In this document: positions 39,898-48,566 of the stretch, piece after piece
Numbering within the stretch: the stretch's first letter is position 1
How the letters are laid out: every line of letters begins with the position of its first letter
Virus record (IMG/VR): IMGVR_UViG_3300043438_001221
Direction: 5' to 3' (one strand)
DNA: 64,000 nucleotides
Origin: a virus
Notes under the pieces: generated by a model
Told to the model about the DNA's origin: nothing
Database searches by the model: none
The model's input: the letters and a program-made list of their open reading frames with translations, nothing else
Program-made: the position numbers and the translations under genes

Positions 39898-41550
39898 TTA
39901 TCCCTCACAGGATTTACAATTCATAATTGATCTTGCCAAATCTTGGGAAGGATTGGAACTTCTCTGATAGTAGAGAGATTTGATCCCTTGCTCCCAAGCG
40001 AAAATCATAAGCTGATTAATTTCCTTTGGTTTGGTTCCCGCTGGAATCATGACATTTAAGGATTGTCCCTGATCAATATAATTGCCCCGCTGTGCTGCTT
40101 GGACTATGATTTCTTTCTGAGAAATCTCAGCAAATGTCTTGAATATATCTCTCTCTTCTTGAGTTAAGAAATCCAGATGTTGAACACTTCCACCGTGAGA
40201 TAAAATATCTTTCCAAACATCTTTTGTATTTTTATCTTTGGATTTCAACAATTCGATGAGATGGGGATTCTTGTATGTGAACTTGCCTTTAGCCAAATTC
40301 TTCACGAAGTAATTGGAATTGAGAGGTTCAATGGATGGGGAAACTTGTCCAAGAATAAATGCTGAACTTGTTGTCGGAGCAACTGCTAATGTGGTGGTAT
40401 TCCGACGACCATAACCTTTTAGGACTTCCGGCTCTCCAAACATTTGAGCCAATTCTTCGGTTGCCTTGTCAGCACGTTTACGAATCTCTGAGAAAATTTC
40501 AAGATTCTCAAAATGAGCATCCATGCTTTCCCAAGCGATCATTTTGGATTGAAGATAACTATGGTATCCAAGAACACCCATTCCCAATGCTCTATGATTT
40601 TTTGCGAAATTATATGCAGCTTTCATCAGATTGCTATCAGCATTTTTTTCAATGAATTCGCTCATCACCGCATCAAGAAACATCACCATAGTCTCAACAG
40701 CATCCGTATCTTTAATTTCTTCCCACCAAAGCAAATTTAGGGATGAGAGACAACAAACAAAAGATTCATCGGCGGATGATGGGAGAAAGATTTCAGAACA
40801 AAGATTACTTGATTTGATATCATAGCCCTTATCCTTGTAAACTTGTGGTTTATTATTATTCGCGTTATCTGTGAAAAACACATATGGATAACCCGTTTCC
40901 GTGCGCTTCTTGATAATTGCTCCCCACCTACGTCTTTTTTCCTTATCTCCCTCAAGCATGGATTTCATCCATTCATCGGATACACAGACACCAATCGACA
41001 TATCTTGAATTGGGTGTCCTTCCGAACGAATTTTCATAAATTCATCGAAGTCATCATGATCAATGGGAAGATATGCGGCAAAGCTTCCCCTACGTGCGCT
41101 ACCCTGACTCACAATGCTTGTAACAGTATCAAACAATTCCATACAGCGAACGGCACCTTCCGCAACACCCCCCGTTGAAATCTTGGAACCACGGGGACGA
41201 ATATCACCAAAGTATCCAGAGGTTCCCCCTCCCACTTTTGTCATCATACCAACTTCAGCCTGTTTGATCAGGAAATTTTCAATACTATCCCCAACATAAC
41301 TATTGAAACAGGAGATGGGATTACCACGCTTGTTTCCGAAATTCATCCAAACAGGAGTGGCAAGGCTGTAATAACCTTTTGCCATATAACCTTGGAATTT
41401 CTTAGCGAATCCTTTGATACCAAGTATCTTTTCCGCTGTTTTTGAAATTTCCTCAATCCTTTCAAGAGCGGTTTGCCCTTCTTTTAAATATCCTCTCTCC
41501 AAAAATTTGATGGAGTCCTCGTTCAACCAGTAATAATCTTCTCTTGTCAT
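39898..41550 (-). CDS. nrdA: ribonucleotide reductase class Ia alpha subunit
   Basis: ISCF, GGGTS, SNLCSEI, LAVAPT, IDQGQS, SLYY, C-terminal CKSCEG; no obvious ATP cone. Confidence 0.95.
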   Translation of the reverse strand: MTREDYYWLNEDSIKFLERGYLKEGQTALERIEEISKTAEKILGIKGFAKKFQGYMAKGYYSLATPVWMNFGNKRGNPISCFNSYVGDSIENFLIKQAEVGMMTKVGGGTSGYFGDIRPRGSKISTGGVAEGAVRCMELFDTVTSIVSQGSARRGSFAAYLPIDHDDFDEFMKIRSEGHPIQDMSIGVCVSDEWMKSMLEGDKEKRRRWGAIIKKRTETGYPYVFFTDNANNNKPQVYKDKGYDIKSSNLCSEIFLPSSADESFVCCLSSLNLLWWEEIKDTDAVETMVMFLDAVMSEFIEKNADSNLMKAAYNFAKNHRALGMGVLGYHSYLQSKMIAWESMDAHFENLEIFSEIRKRADKATEELAQMFGEPEVLKGYGRRNTTTLAVAPTTSSAFILGQVSPSIEPLNSNYFVKNLAKGKFTYKNPHLIELLKSKDKNTKDVWKDILSHGGSVQHLDFLTQEERDIFKTFAEISQKEIIVQAAQRGNYIDQGQSLNVMIPAGTKPKEINQLMIFAWEQGIKSLYYQRSSNPSQDLARSIMNCKSCEG

Positions 41551-41554
41551 ATAA

Positions 41555-42529
41555 TTAAAATAATTCGTCTTCTTCGTAACATTGGCTATTTTTAGAATAC
41601 TCAACACTTTTTGCGTGAAAAAAATCTGTCATATTTGATCCCATCAATTCTTCTTCAAACCACATAGTTTTTTCAATCAACTCTTGGTCTATAGTAAATA
41701 CTTTTTTAAATCCTATTTGTTCAGCACAATCATTTAGGGTGGATTTAACCAATTCTTTTAAAATTGGTGCGGAGAGATTTTCCTCTTCCATACCATTCAC
41801 AGCCCAATCAATGATTTTACTTTCTGATATAAAAGATTGTTCCATTTCATGTGCAATTCTCTCTTCCAATTCTTCATCAAATAGTTCTGGCATTTCTTCC
41901 CTGATGGTGTTAATCAACTTGATTCCGACAAGTGCGTGTATGAGTTCTTCATTTCTCGTGTAACGCACTTGTTGATCGGTATCTTTTAAAACATTTTTAA
42001 ATCTTCCAAACCAATTAATAATATAAAATTGAGAAAATAATGAAACTCTCTCTACGAATAATGTAAAAAGAATCAACGCATAAAGATATTGTTTCTTGGA
42101 ATCCTTGTAGAAACGATGGGTATATTTTTTAAGATACTTCACGCGCCCCTGAATCCAATCCAATTTGAGGTTTTCTTCAAATACATCGTTTAGTCCCAAC
42201 ACATCTAACAGACGTTCATATGCATTGTTATGGATCACCTCCACGTTAGCCATTACAAATCCCAAATCAGATAGGGATGGGTGGGGAAGGTTATCCCCGA
42301 GCTTTGCCCAAAATGTTTTTACAGCAACCTCAATCTGTCCGATAGCAGATAATGTTCTCACGATGATTTCCCGCTCCTGATCCGTGAGTTGAGTCTTGAA
42401 CTGATGTAGATCACTCTTAAAAGAGAACTCCTTATCAGTCCAAAAGCCATTGTGCATGGCTTCAATGAATTGTTCTGTCCAAGGGTATTTGTTTGGTTTC
42501 CTGCTTATCTGTTCGTCAAAAATGCTCAT
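41555..42529 (-). CDS. nrdB: ribonucleotide reductase class Ia beta subunit
   Basis: W...E.....D, EVIH..AY, E..SLFSQF, EELIH, DFF. Confidence 0.95.
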   Translation of the reverse strand: MSIFDEQISRKPNKYPWTEQFIEAMHNGFWTDKEFSFKSDLHQFKTQLTDQEREIIVRTLSAIGQIEVAVKTFWAKLGDNLPHPSLSDLGFVMANVEVIHNNAYERLLDVLGLNDVFEENLKLDWIQGRVKYLKKYTHRFYKDSKKQYLYALILFTLFVERVSLFSQFYIINWFGRFKNVLKDTDQQVRYTRNEELIHALVGIKLINTIREEMPELFDEELEERIAHEMEQSFISESKIIDWAVNGMEEENLSAPILKELVKSTLNDCAEQIGFKKVFTIDQELIEKTMWFEEELMGSNMTDFFHAKSVEYSKNSQCYEEDELF

Positions 42530-42628
42530 AGTGCCTGATTATTTATCTCTCGTTTTCGCTGATTATCGTTTTGAATTTTGGTTGTTCGCTGTGCTAAATA
42601 ATGGCACGGAGATTCCAAAAATCAAGCT

Positions 42629-43270
42629 TTAAATGATCTCATCAACGATTCCGTATTGTAGGCATTCCTCCGCATTGAGCCAGATGTCCCTCTTCAAAAG
42701 CTCGTCCAATTTTTTCATTGGTAATTTCGTATTCTTTTTATAGAAATCTTTTAAGAGTTTCATCAGGTTGGTGCAATTGAAAATCTCATCCTCCATTTCC
42801 GAGAACTTTCCATATACACCGGAACTCAATTGATGAATCAGAAGATGGGCATGTTGCCCCATATATCTCTTATGACCAATGGCGGAAACCAAAGTTCCCG
42901 CACTTGCTACACTCCCATCAATGTGGGTATAGACCTTGGATTTCAACCTACGGATGGTATCCACGGTGGAGAACGCGGCAAATATGCTACCGCCGAAGGT
43001 ATTCAAATGAAGATTGATAATCGGATCGTATGCACCATCTAAACCAAGGGCAACACTCTGGAGCTTCAAATCCGTTTCCAAAAGAACCCGATTCAGTTCC
43101 AACATCGCCCCTTCTTCAACATCAGCATAAAATAAAATTTTATTATTGATAACCCGAATACCTTGTGGTGATTGATTTTCCTCATTATCTGAAGAATTGA
43201 TGATAATTTGAGGCATTTGAAATGCATTTGTATTTTCTTTCTCTTCTTCATTTCGGTAACGCCACTTCAT
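42629..43270 (-). CDS. ClpP-like protease
   Basis: LNTFGG, VASAGT (Ser), LIHQ (His), RDIWL.AEECL.YGIVDEI. Confidence 0.85.
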   Translation of the reverse strand: MKWRYRNEEEKENTNAFQMPQIIINSSDNEENQSPQGIRVINNKILFYADVEEGAMLELNRVLLETDLKLQSVALGLDGAYDPIINLHLNTFGGSIFAAFSTVDTIRRLKSKVYTHIDGSVASAGTLVSAIGHKRYMGQHAHLLIHQLSSGVYGKFSEMEDEIFNCTNLMKLLKDFYKKNTKLPMKKLDELLKRDIWLNAEECLQYGIVDEII

Positions 43271-43317
43271 GAATAATACTTAACACGGAAATCTGGGTTC
43301 GCAAATTAAATAAGAAT

Positions 43318-43623
43318 GTGGATAAAGAATTAACAAACATCTATTCCGATATTATTTTGGAATACCAATCGGGTTTCAACCCTCCTCAAAGGGTTCCCAA
43401 ACAAACGATTCCCGATGAAGCAGGAACAAAATTATCTTATAATAAGCAGACAATCGGAATGGCACCACCTCTGATGACTACCAATGTCTATGGGGAACAG
43501 GAGGAGGAAGCCGTGGGAATTTTTAAAATTATTCAAGAATTGGAATCGGAATATGTCGGGGATTCTCCGATAAATAATGCCGTGAGATTGGCATTTGGTA
43601 AATTAAAGGAAAAATTGGCATGA
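43318..43623 (+). CDS. hypothetical protein
   Basis: GTG start 5 nt after TTAAATA. Confidence 0.6.
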   Translation: MDKELTNIYSDIILEYQSGFNPPQRVPKQTIPDEAGTKLSYNKQTIGMAPPLMTTNVYGEQEEEAVGIFKIIQELESEYVGDSPINNAVRLAFGKLKEKLA

Positions 43624-43871
43624 ACAAGGATCGGGAAATTTTGGAAGAGATGGTGGGAGAAATCATCGAAGAGATTGCCAAACACGGGAAAACTCGCCGT
43701 TTGTTTGAACTTTTGGACGATGCTGTGAAAAAAGGATTTGTAAAATACGTTGAAAAAAACGGGAAAGTTATGGTGAAATCCCTGAAAGATGATCGCCAAT
43801 ATCTGGCGCATTTGGGGGAGGTTGCGGTTGATCCCGTGTCGCGGTTTCTGAAAAAGCTGGGATACGAATAA
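43620..43871 (+). CDS. hypothetical protein
   Basis: 83-aa coupled ORF. Confidence 0.6.
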   Translation: MNKDREILEEMVGEIIEEIAKHGKTRRLFELLDDAVKKGFVKYVEKNGKVMVKSLKDDRQYLAHLGEVAVDPVSRFLKKLGYE

Positions 43872-44450
43872 TTATCGGTTCACCGCTTCGTGGTGCATGG
43901 CATCGTATCCCCAAAAAGCACCAGCAGAAACCCATCCTTCTTTTGCAAATTCTTCCATAATCTCCAATGGCATGTCGGCTTTCATCGGCCAGCTATCACG
44001 GAAAGTATTATCATCCGCATCCAAATCAATGGCGGCACCATAGGCATGTAGGGAATAGGACGAACCACCACGTTTCAGGCGGAAATTAAACACCCCGCCA
44101 TAATCTTCAGCTTCGTCTTTAATATCTGGATATTTTGGAATTATATTTTTAATATTGTTAAGCACTCTCAACAAAGAATCAGCACATTTTTTATTGACGC
44201 GGGTTTTAGTAACCAATTTACCATCGTAATACATGGGATATGGGAAGTTGATCATCACAAGATTTGATTCATCTCCAGCTTTTCCGTAAAATTTAGTTAG
44301 GGATGCTTGATCACTTTTCGGCCATGGGTTATTCTTTGGCATAAGAGAACGCAAATATGTTTTACAAGCGGCTTGTGATTTCGGCCCCCAAAATCCATCA
44401 ACAGTGGTTCCGATTTTTTTCTGCATTTTTTTAATTTCATCGCTATTCAT
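43872..44450 (-). CDS. endolysin, M15 peptidase with N-terminal peptidoglycan-binding motif
   Basis: VDGFWGPKS, FNFR..RG...SLHAYGAAIDL, DAMHHE. Confidence 0.85.
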   Translation of the reverse strand: MNSDEIKKMQKKIGTTVDGFWGPKSQAACKTYLRSLMPKNNPWPKSDQASLTKFYGKAGDESNLVMINFPYPMYYDGKLVTKTRVNKKCADSLLRVLNNIKNIIPKYPDIKDEAEDYGGVFNFRLKRGGSSYSLHAYGAAIDLDADDNTFRDSWPMKADMPLEIMEEFAKEGWVSAGAFWGYDAMHHEAVNR

Positions 44451-44458
44451 AAAAATAC

Positions 44459-44866
44459 TTAGTCCAGACCATATTTTTCAAATCTCTTTTTCCAAATTGG
44501 GTAAGAACCCAAAGCAACGGCGGAATAGATTGTCCATCTCATGGGGAGGGAGACTCCCGCCTCTTTCATCAATTCCAAAAACATCCAATTGGATTCCTTC
44601 CAAGTGAATTTATGATTGAAGGGGGAGAAACACCAATCATGCACCAATGCTGCTGGAAATGCTCCTCCGAATGGTCCAACGATAGGCCAAGCAAATTTTG
44701 GGGAACTGATTCCATCCGTAATGAATCCTTTTTTGACTGTGATTAGATGATTTTTGTAAAAACAGCGAAAGTTATCCCCCAACTCAAATTTTCGAGTCCC
44801 TTTATGGATACCCAAATCTTTAAGATATATTGTGTCGGGAAAGGTGTTTTTATTAACGGTGGTCAC
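44459..44866 (-). CDS. DUF1353-like protein
   Basis: V..GFITDG.S.P, AALVHDW, F.E.M. Confidence 0.75.
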   Translation of the reverse strand: MTTVNKNTFPDTIYLKDLGIHKGTRKFELGDNFRCFYKNHLITVKKGFITDGISSPKFAWPIVGPFGGAFPAALVHDWCFSPFNHKFTWKESNWMFLELMKEAGVSLPMRWTIYSAVALGSYPIWKKRFEKYGLD

Positions 44867-44879
44867 AATAATATTTATC

Positions 44880-44907
44880 TTGACATTTGGAAATATTTTA
44901 TTATACT
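44880..44907 (+). promoter_or_regulatory. sigma70-type promoter, leaderless start
   Basis: TTGACA-16 nt-TATACT, 6 nt before ATG 44914. Confidence 0.7.
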
Positions 44908-44913
44908 AATGGA

Positions 44914-45549
44914 ATGAAAGCAGAACTTATTTCACACTTTGGGGACGATTTAATGATCGTCAATGCAGCTAGAGTTTCTTTTGGGAAAAATAAAGATATT
45001 TTGGATGATAAAGATGAAAAGCTGATCAAGTATTTAGTGGAGCATAAACACACCGCACCTTTTCGACATCCCCAATTACAATTCAGAATTGAATGTCCTA
45101 TCTTTGTGGAACGACAGCTTTTCAAACATCAGGTAGGGTTATCAGCCAATAGCATTAGTGGAAGATATGTGGATTTCTCCGATAATTATTATCATGTCAA
45201 GGAACTTAGACAGCAATCGTCTTCATCTAAACAAGGGAGTGATGGGTTGTTGGACAGACCCGATCTGATTGATAAAATGGATGCTCATATTGAATGGGGG
45301 AAGAAATTGTATGCGGAATTGTGTGATGCTGGAGTCGCCAAAGAACAAGCCAGAGTCATTCTTCCTCTTTGTTTGGAGACACAATTTATCTGGACTGGAT
45401 CGTTGTTGGCATTCATTCATATGTGGAAATTGCGACTGAAAAGCGATACTCAACAAGAAACAAGGGAAATCAGTCAACAAATGCTTGATCTGGTTGAAAA
45501 CATTGAAGGTAATCCGTTTGAGCATACACTGAAAGCTTGGGGATATTGA
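44914..45549 (+). CDS. thyX: flavin-dependent thymidylate synthase
   Basis: NAARVSF, H..PF, RQLFKH......SGRY, EQAR..LP, LR....Q.E. Confidence 0.93.
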   Translation: MKAELISHFGDDLMIVNAARVSFGKNKDILDDKDEKLIKYLVEHKHTAPFRHPQLQFRIECPIFVERQLFKHQVGLSANSISGRYVDFSDNYYHVKELRQQSSSSKQGSDGLLDRPDLIDKMDAHIEWGKKLYAELCDAGVAKEQARVILPLCLETQFIWTGSLLAFIHMWKLRLKSDTQQETREISQQMLDLVENIEGNPFEHTLKAWGY

Positions 45550-45550
45550 T

Positions 45551-45925
45551 ATGAGAACGATAATGGCTGGGAGCCGCGAAGGTATCCATTACGATGATGT
45601 GCTTAAAGCCATGGAAACATGTCCATGGACACCCATAGAAATCGTATCCGGCAAAGCCCGTGGTGTGGATACCATGGGGGAACAATGGGCAAGGGAGAAC
45701 GATATCCCGATCAAGGAATTTCCAGCTAATTGGAAACGATATGGTATTGTTGCTGGTATCATAAGAAATGAGGAAATGGGTGACTATGCTGATGCTCTCG
45801 TAGCTGTATGGGATGGGGAGTCCAAGGGTAGTAAACACATGATAGATTATGCTAAGAAAAAAGGTTTGAAAATCCACATTCATATTCCAAGAGAAAAGAC
45901 TAGACTTGAAGAATTGTTTGAATAA
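45551..45925 (+). CDS. SLOG/YspA (DUF2493-like) protein
   Basis: AGSR, IVSGKARGVD, AG.IRN..M, WDGESKGS..MI. Confidence 0.8.
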   Translation: MRTIMAGSREGIHYDDVLKAMETCPWTPIEIVSGKARGVDTMGEQWARENDIPIKEFPANWKRYGIVAGIIRNEEMGDYADALVAVWDGESKGSKHMIDYAKKKGLKIHIHIPREKTRLEELFE

Positions 45926-45936
45926 GTAATAAAGTT

Positions 45937-46134
45937 ATGATTAAAATTCTGAAAAATAATAGTGTGAAATTGTGCTGCAAGGGTCGTAACTGCCCCATCG
46001 TCACCGAGCTTGCCGATGGAATGGTGGAGATTGTGGATGATAACGGGAACCGTATTGTAGTCCGCAAGGAAGAAGCCCTTCTTATTTCCGATGGGGTGAA
46101 AACGATTGATGCCCAAAAATTGATCCTCGGATGA
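45937..46134 (+). CDS. hypothetical protein
   Basis: 65-aa ORF with CC...CP. Confidence 0.6.
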   Translation: MIKILKNNSVKLCCKGRNCPIVTELADGMVEIVDDNGNRIVVRKEEALLISDGVKTIDAQKLILG

Positions 46135-46424
46135 GCCTCTGGTTTCAATCATTCGTTTTGATTGGCTGTTGTTTGATCCTGAAATACGGATCAATCCTTG
46201 AGCCTATCCGTGTCTTTCTCAGACAGTGGGATTTCTTTGAAAAGCTCCTCAAATGCTGCATGTGCATGGGATTTTGGGTTGGGTGTTTCTTCGGATCGGT
46301 TTGGTCTGAGCATGTTTGGGAGATTCCGCTTTGGGGATTCTATGCATCCGCGATCTGCTGGTTTGCAGATTATCTGACGATGGCACTTGACAAATATCTG
46401 GATTATGGTAATGTGGGGGAGTGA
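46131..46424 (+). CDS. small membrane protein (DUF1360-like)
   Basis: Hydrophobic; LLKCCMCMGFWVG. Confidence 0.6.
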   Translation: MSLWFQSFVLIGCCLILKYGSILEPIRVFLRQWDFFEKLLKCCMCMGFWVGCFFGSVWSEHVWEIPLWGFYASAICWFADYLTMALDKYLDYGNVGE

Positions 46425-46612
46425 AAACAAAGGAAGAACTTCTTGGAGAATGGAAAGATGATCGTAAAGTATCCGACCCATCATATCCAGAACTTTTCAG
46501 ATGGCGACGGGCGATCCTAATGGAAGGATACAACACATGTTCCCTGTGGAGAGGTGGTAGTAAAGAAAGGACTCTGTATCAATGGACTCTACCTTTCTCC
46601 AAAAGAGAATAA
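46421..46612 (+). CDS. hypothetical protein
   Basis: GTG start 6 nt after TTGACA...TAATGT. Confidence 0.55.
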   Translation: MKTKEELLGEWKDDRKVSDPSYPELFRWRRAILMEGYNTCSLWRGGSKERTLYQWTLPFSKRE

Positions 46613-46613
46613 T

Positions 46614-46868
46614 ATGACACTTGAAGAATTATCAAAAAATCTACCCAAAGATTGGTGGGAGAAATTGGAACGTGCTGCCTTTAGAGAGAGGGGTCGTAGG
46701 CACTTTTATGAAAAGAATTACGCTGATAAAATGACATATGATCGTTTCATCTATTTCCAATATTTGGAAAGTGAGATATTATGGGGTCGTTCTTGTGATG
46801 AACGAGCAATTGAATTGTTAAATAAATATGATGAGAACCATCCCACAGAAAGATTTGATAAATCTTGA
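46614..46868 (+). CDS. hypothetical protein
   Basis: ORF following the previous stop. Confidence 0.5.
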   Translation: MTLEELSKNLPKDWWEKLERAAFRERGRRHFYEKNYADKMTYDRFIYFQYLESEILWGRSCDERAIELLNKYDENHPTERFDKS

Positions 46869-47655
46869 AAATTTTCTAAAAATAATTTATGAAAAACAAA
46901 CACAATACACTCCTGACAGAATCCCATCTGGAGCGGAACAAGGCTATTCTGGAAGAGGTGGAAAGAAACTCAAAGCTGCCACCGCTGTCGCTTACAGAAG
47001 CCATGAATCAATACGAGATGATTCGATCCCAGAGTTCACAGCGGAGAAAGAATACAAGAAAAAGGTCGCTGGTAGAAATGTAATGGCGAAACGGGTCAAA
47101 CCCGTGGAAGAGAAATGGTTGACACATTGGGCCGAGAAAGTTGGTCTGATGATGGATAACAACGAATTTGACAGCAAGTGGAATGAACAGGGTCGAAAAG
47201 GGGAAGCGGAAAACAATGTTTATTTTGATGAGGAATCCCAGAGATGGTTCAAGAGAAATAACTTATCTTACCACACCACCTATTTGGAATTCTTTTACAG
47301 ACTTGTCTTGCACAATGCTTCATTCCCTGAATCGCCGTATAGTCTGGAAGGGTTTGTGATCAATGATGGGGAACTCCAGCCGATCATCTCCCAACCTCAT
47401 GTCCGTGCCACTAAAGGAGCAACGGAAGTGGATGTGGAGGAGTTAATGAATAAATTGGGATACACCAAGATAAAGGGAACCCAGCATGATTATTATAATG
47501 CGGAGAAGGGAATTCGTGTGGAAGATATGCACGATGAGAATGTGCTGATGGATGACGATGGGAATATCTTCGTGGTTGATCCCGTTATCTATTTGGATGA
47601 TGAGGGTAAGAAACACCGGATCACATCCGATCAACCCCTACAACACGAAATATAA
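46828..47655 (+). CDS. protein kinase-like domain (polyvalent-protein type)
   Basis: GEAENNVY, K.N, LHN..FPE..Y.L.GF, SQP.V, EDMHDENV, VVDP. Confidence 0.7.
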   Translation: MMRTIPQKDLINLENFLKIIYEKQTQYTPDRIPSGAEQGYSGRGGKKLKAATAVAYRSHESIRDDSIPEFTAEKEYKKKVAGRNVMAKRVKPVEEKWLTHWAEKVGLMMDNNEFDSKWNEQGRKGEAENNVYFDEESQRWFKRNNLSYHTTYLEFFYRLVLHNASFPESPYSLEGFVINDGELQPIISQPHVRATKGATEVDVEELMNKLGYTKIKGTQHDYYNAEKGIRVEDMHDENVLMDDDGNIFVVDPVIYLDDEGKKHRITSDQPLQHEI

Positions 47656-47663
47656 ATAATATT

Positions 47664-47888
47664 ATGAAAAAGTTCACAGATTTTTTCGATGACTATCTCA
47701 AGAAAGTTGAGAAATCCGATCAATCAAAATCGGAGATGTCCAAAGGTGAGAAAGTGGAACAAGAGCATGTGACACCATCCAAACGTAAAACCAAATTAGG
47801 TAAGAAGTTGGTTAAAAGAATCGTCGGAAATCATTTGGACGAAGACCCTGTTTATTACTCCAAGTTGGAAAAGATACACAAGGATTAA
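47664..47888 (+). CDS. small late protein (DUF5661-like)
   Basis: G.KVE.EH ... HL.EDP.YYSKL; TATAAATA promoter. Confidence 0.65.
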   Translation: MKKFTDFFDDYLKKVEKSDQSKSEMSKGEKVEQEHVTPSKRKTKLGKKLVKRIVGNHLDEDPVYYSKLEKIHKD

Positions 47889-48562
47889 CTTCGTCTGTAA
47901 TAATCATACCACACACTTCGGGATAATCCGAAATCCACCAATACGATGGATGGTTGATCATCTCTAAGAACTTCTCCATAGGAATTCACCCGACCAAAAT
48001 CTCCGGGATATTCCATATCATAATCCATAATCAAAGAATTTAAATCTTGGAACCATTCGTTCTCTTGAACCTTTTCTTTTAATTCATCGGATATACTGTG
48101 TCCCCACCCTCTCCTCCCTTGATTTTCCGATTTCCACCATGTCAGGTAATCCTGAACTTCGGTATGGGATAATCCAGTCAATGCTTGGAATCTTTTTGGG
48201 GATACTTTATTAGCCAATTCCATTTCAACCCAGAATGGCCCCTCATCCTTGATCCATTCCGCGACTTCAAACACCTTGGCAACCACCCCATAATTCTGTA
48301 GATAGCGATCTGCCTCCACGCTGTTCTGTCCCAAACCTTTGATGTTTTTGGCAACCTTGAGAACTTTTTCATTATCAACTTGGAATATGACACGGGATGA
48401 GCCGGAACCCAATCGTTTCAAATGTTGCGTGGCATATTTCAATTTTCCAGCATAGGAAGAAATGGAATTGAATTCGTTGAATGAAAATGCTTCGGGATAA
48501 TCTTCCTCTTCGGGTAAGATACTCTCCATCAATTCATGATATAATTTATGAAATCTAACCAT
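47885..48562 (-). CDS. Ser/Thr protein kinase-like protein
   Basis: LGSGSSRVIF, VLKVAK, EME, GD....SYG, VLVDFGL; start 48562 follows TTAAATA. Confidence 0.72.
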   Translation of the reverse strand: MVRFHKLYHELMESILPEEEDYPEAFSFNEFNSISSYAGKLKYATQHLKRLGSGSSRVIFQVDNEKVLKVAKNIKGLGQNSVEADRYLQNYGVVAKVFEVAEWIKDEGPFWVEMELANKVSPKRFQALTGLSHTEVQDYLTWWKSENQGRRGWGHSISDELKEKVQENEWFQDLNSLIMDYDMEYPGDFGRVNSYGEVLRDDQPSIVLVDFGLSRSVWYDYYRRS

Positions 48563-48566
48563 GTTA

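Noticed and set aside
39898-42529. Introns or inteins in nrdA/nrdB
   Set aside because: Both ORFs are continuous, of compact length, and lack intein motifs
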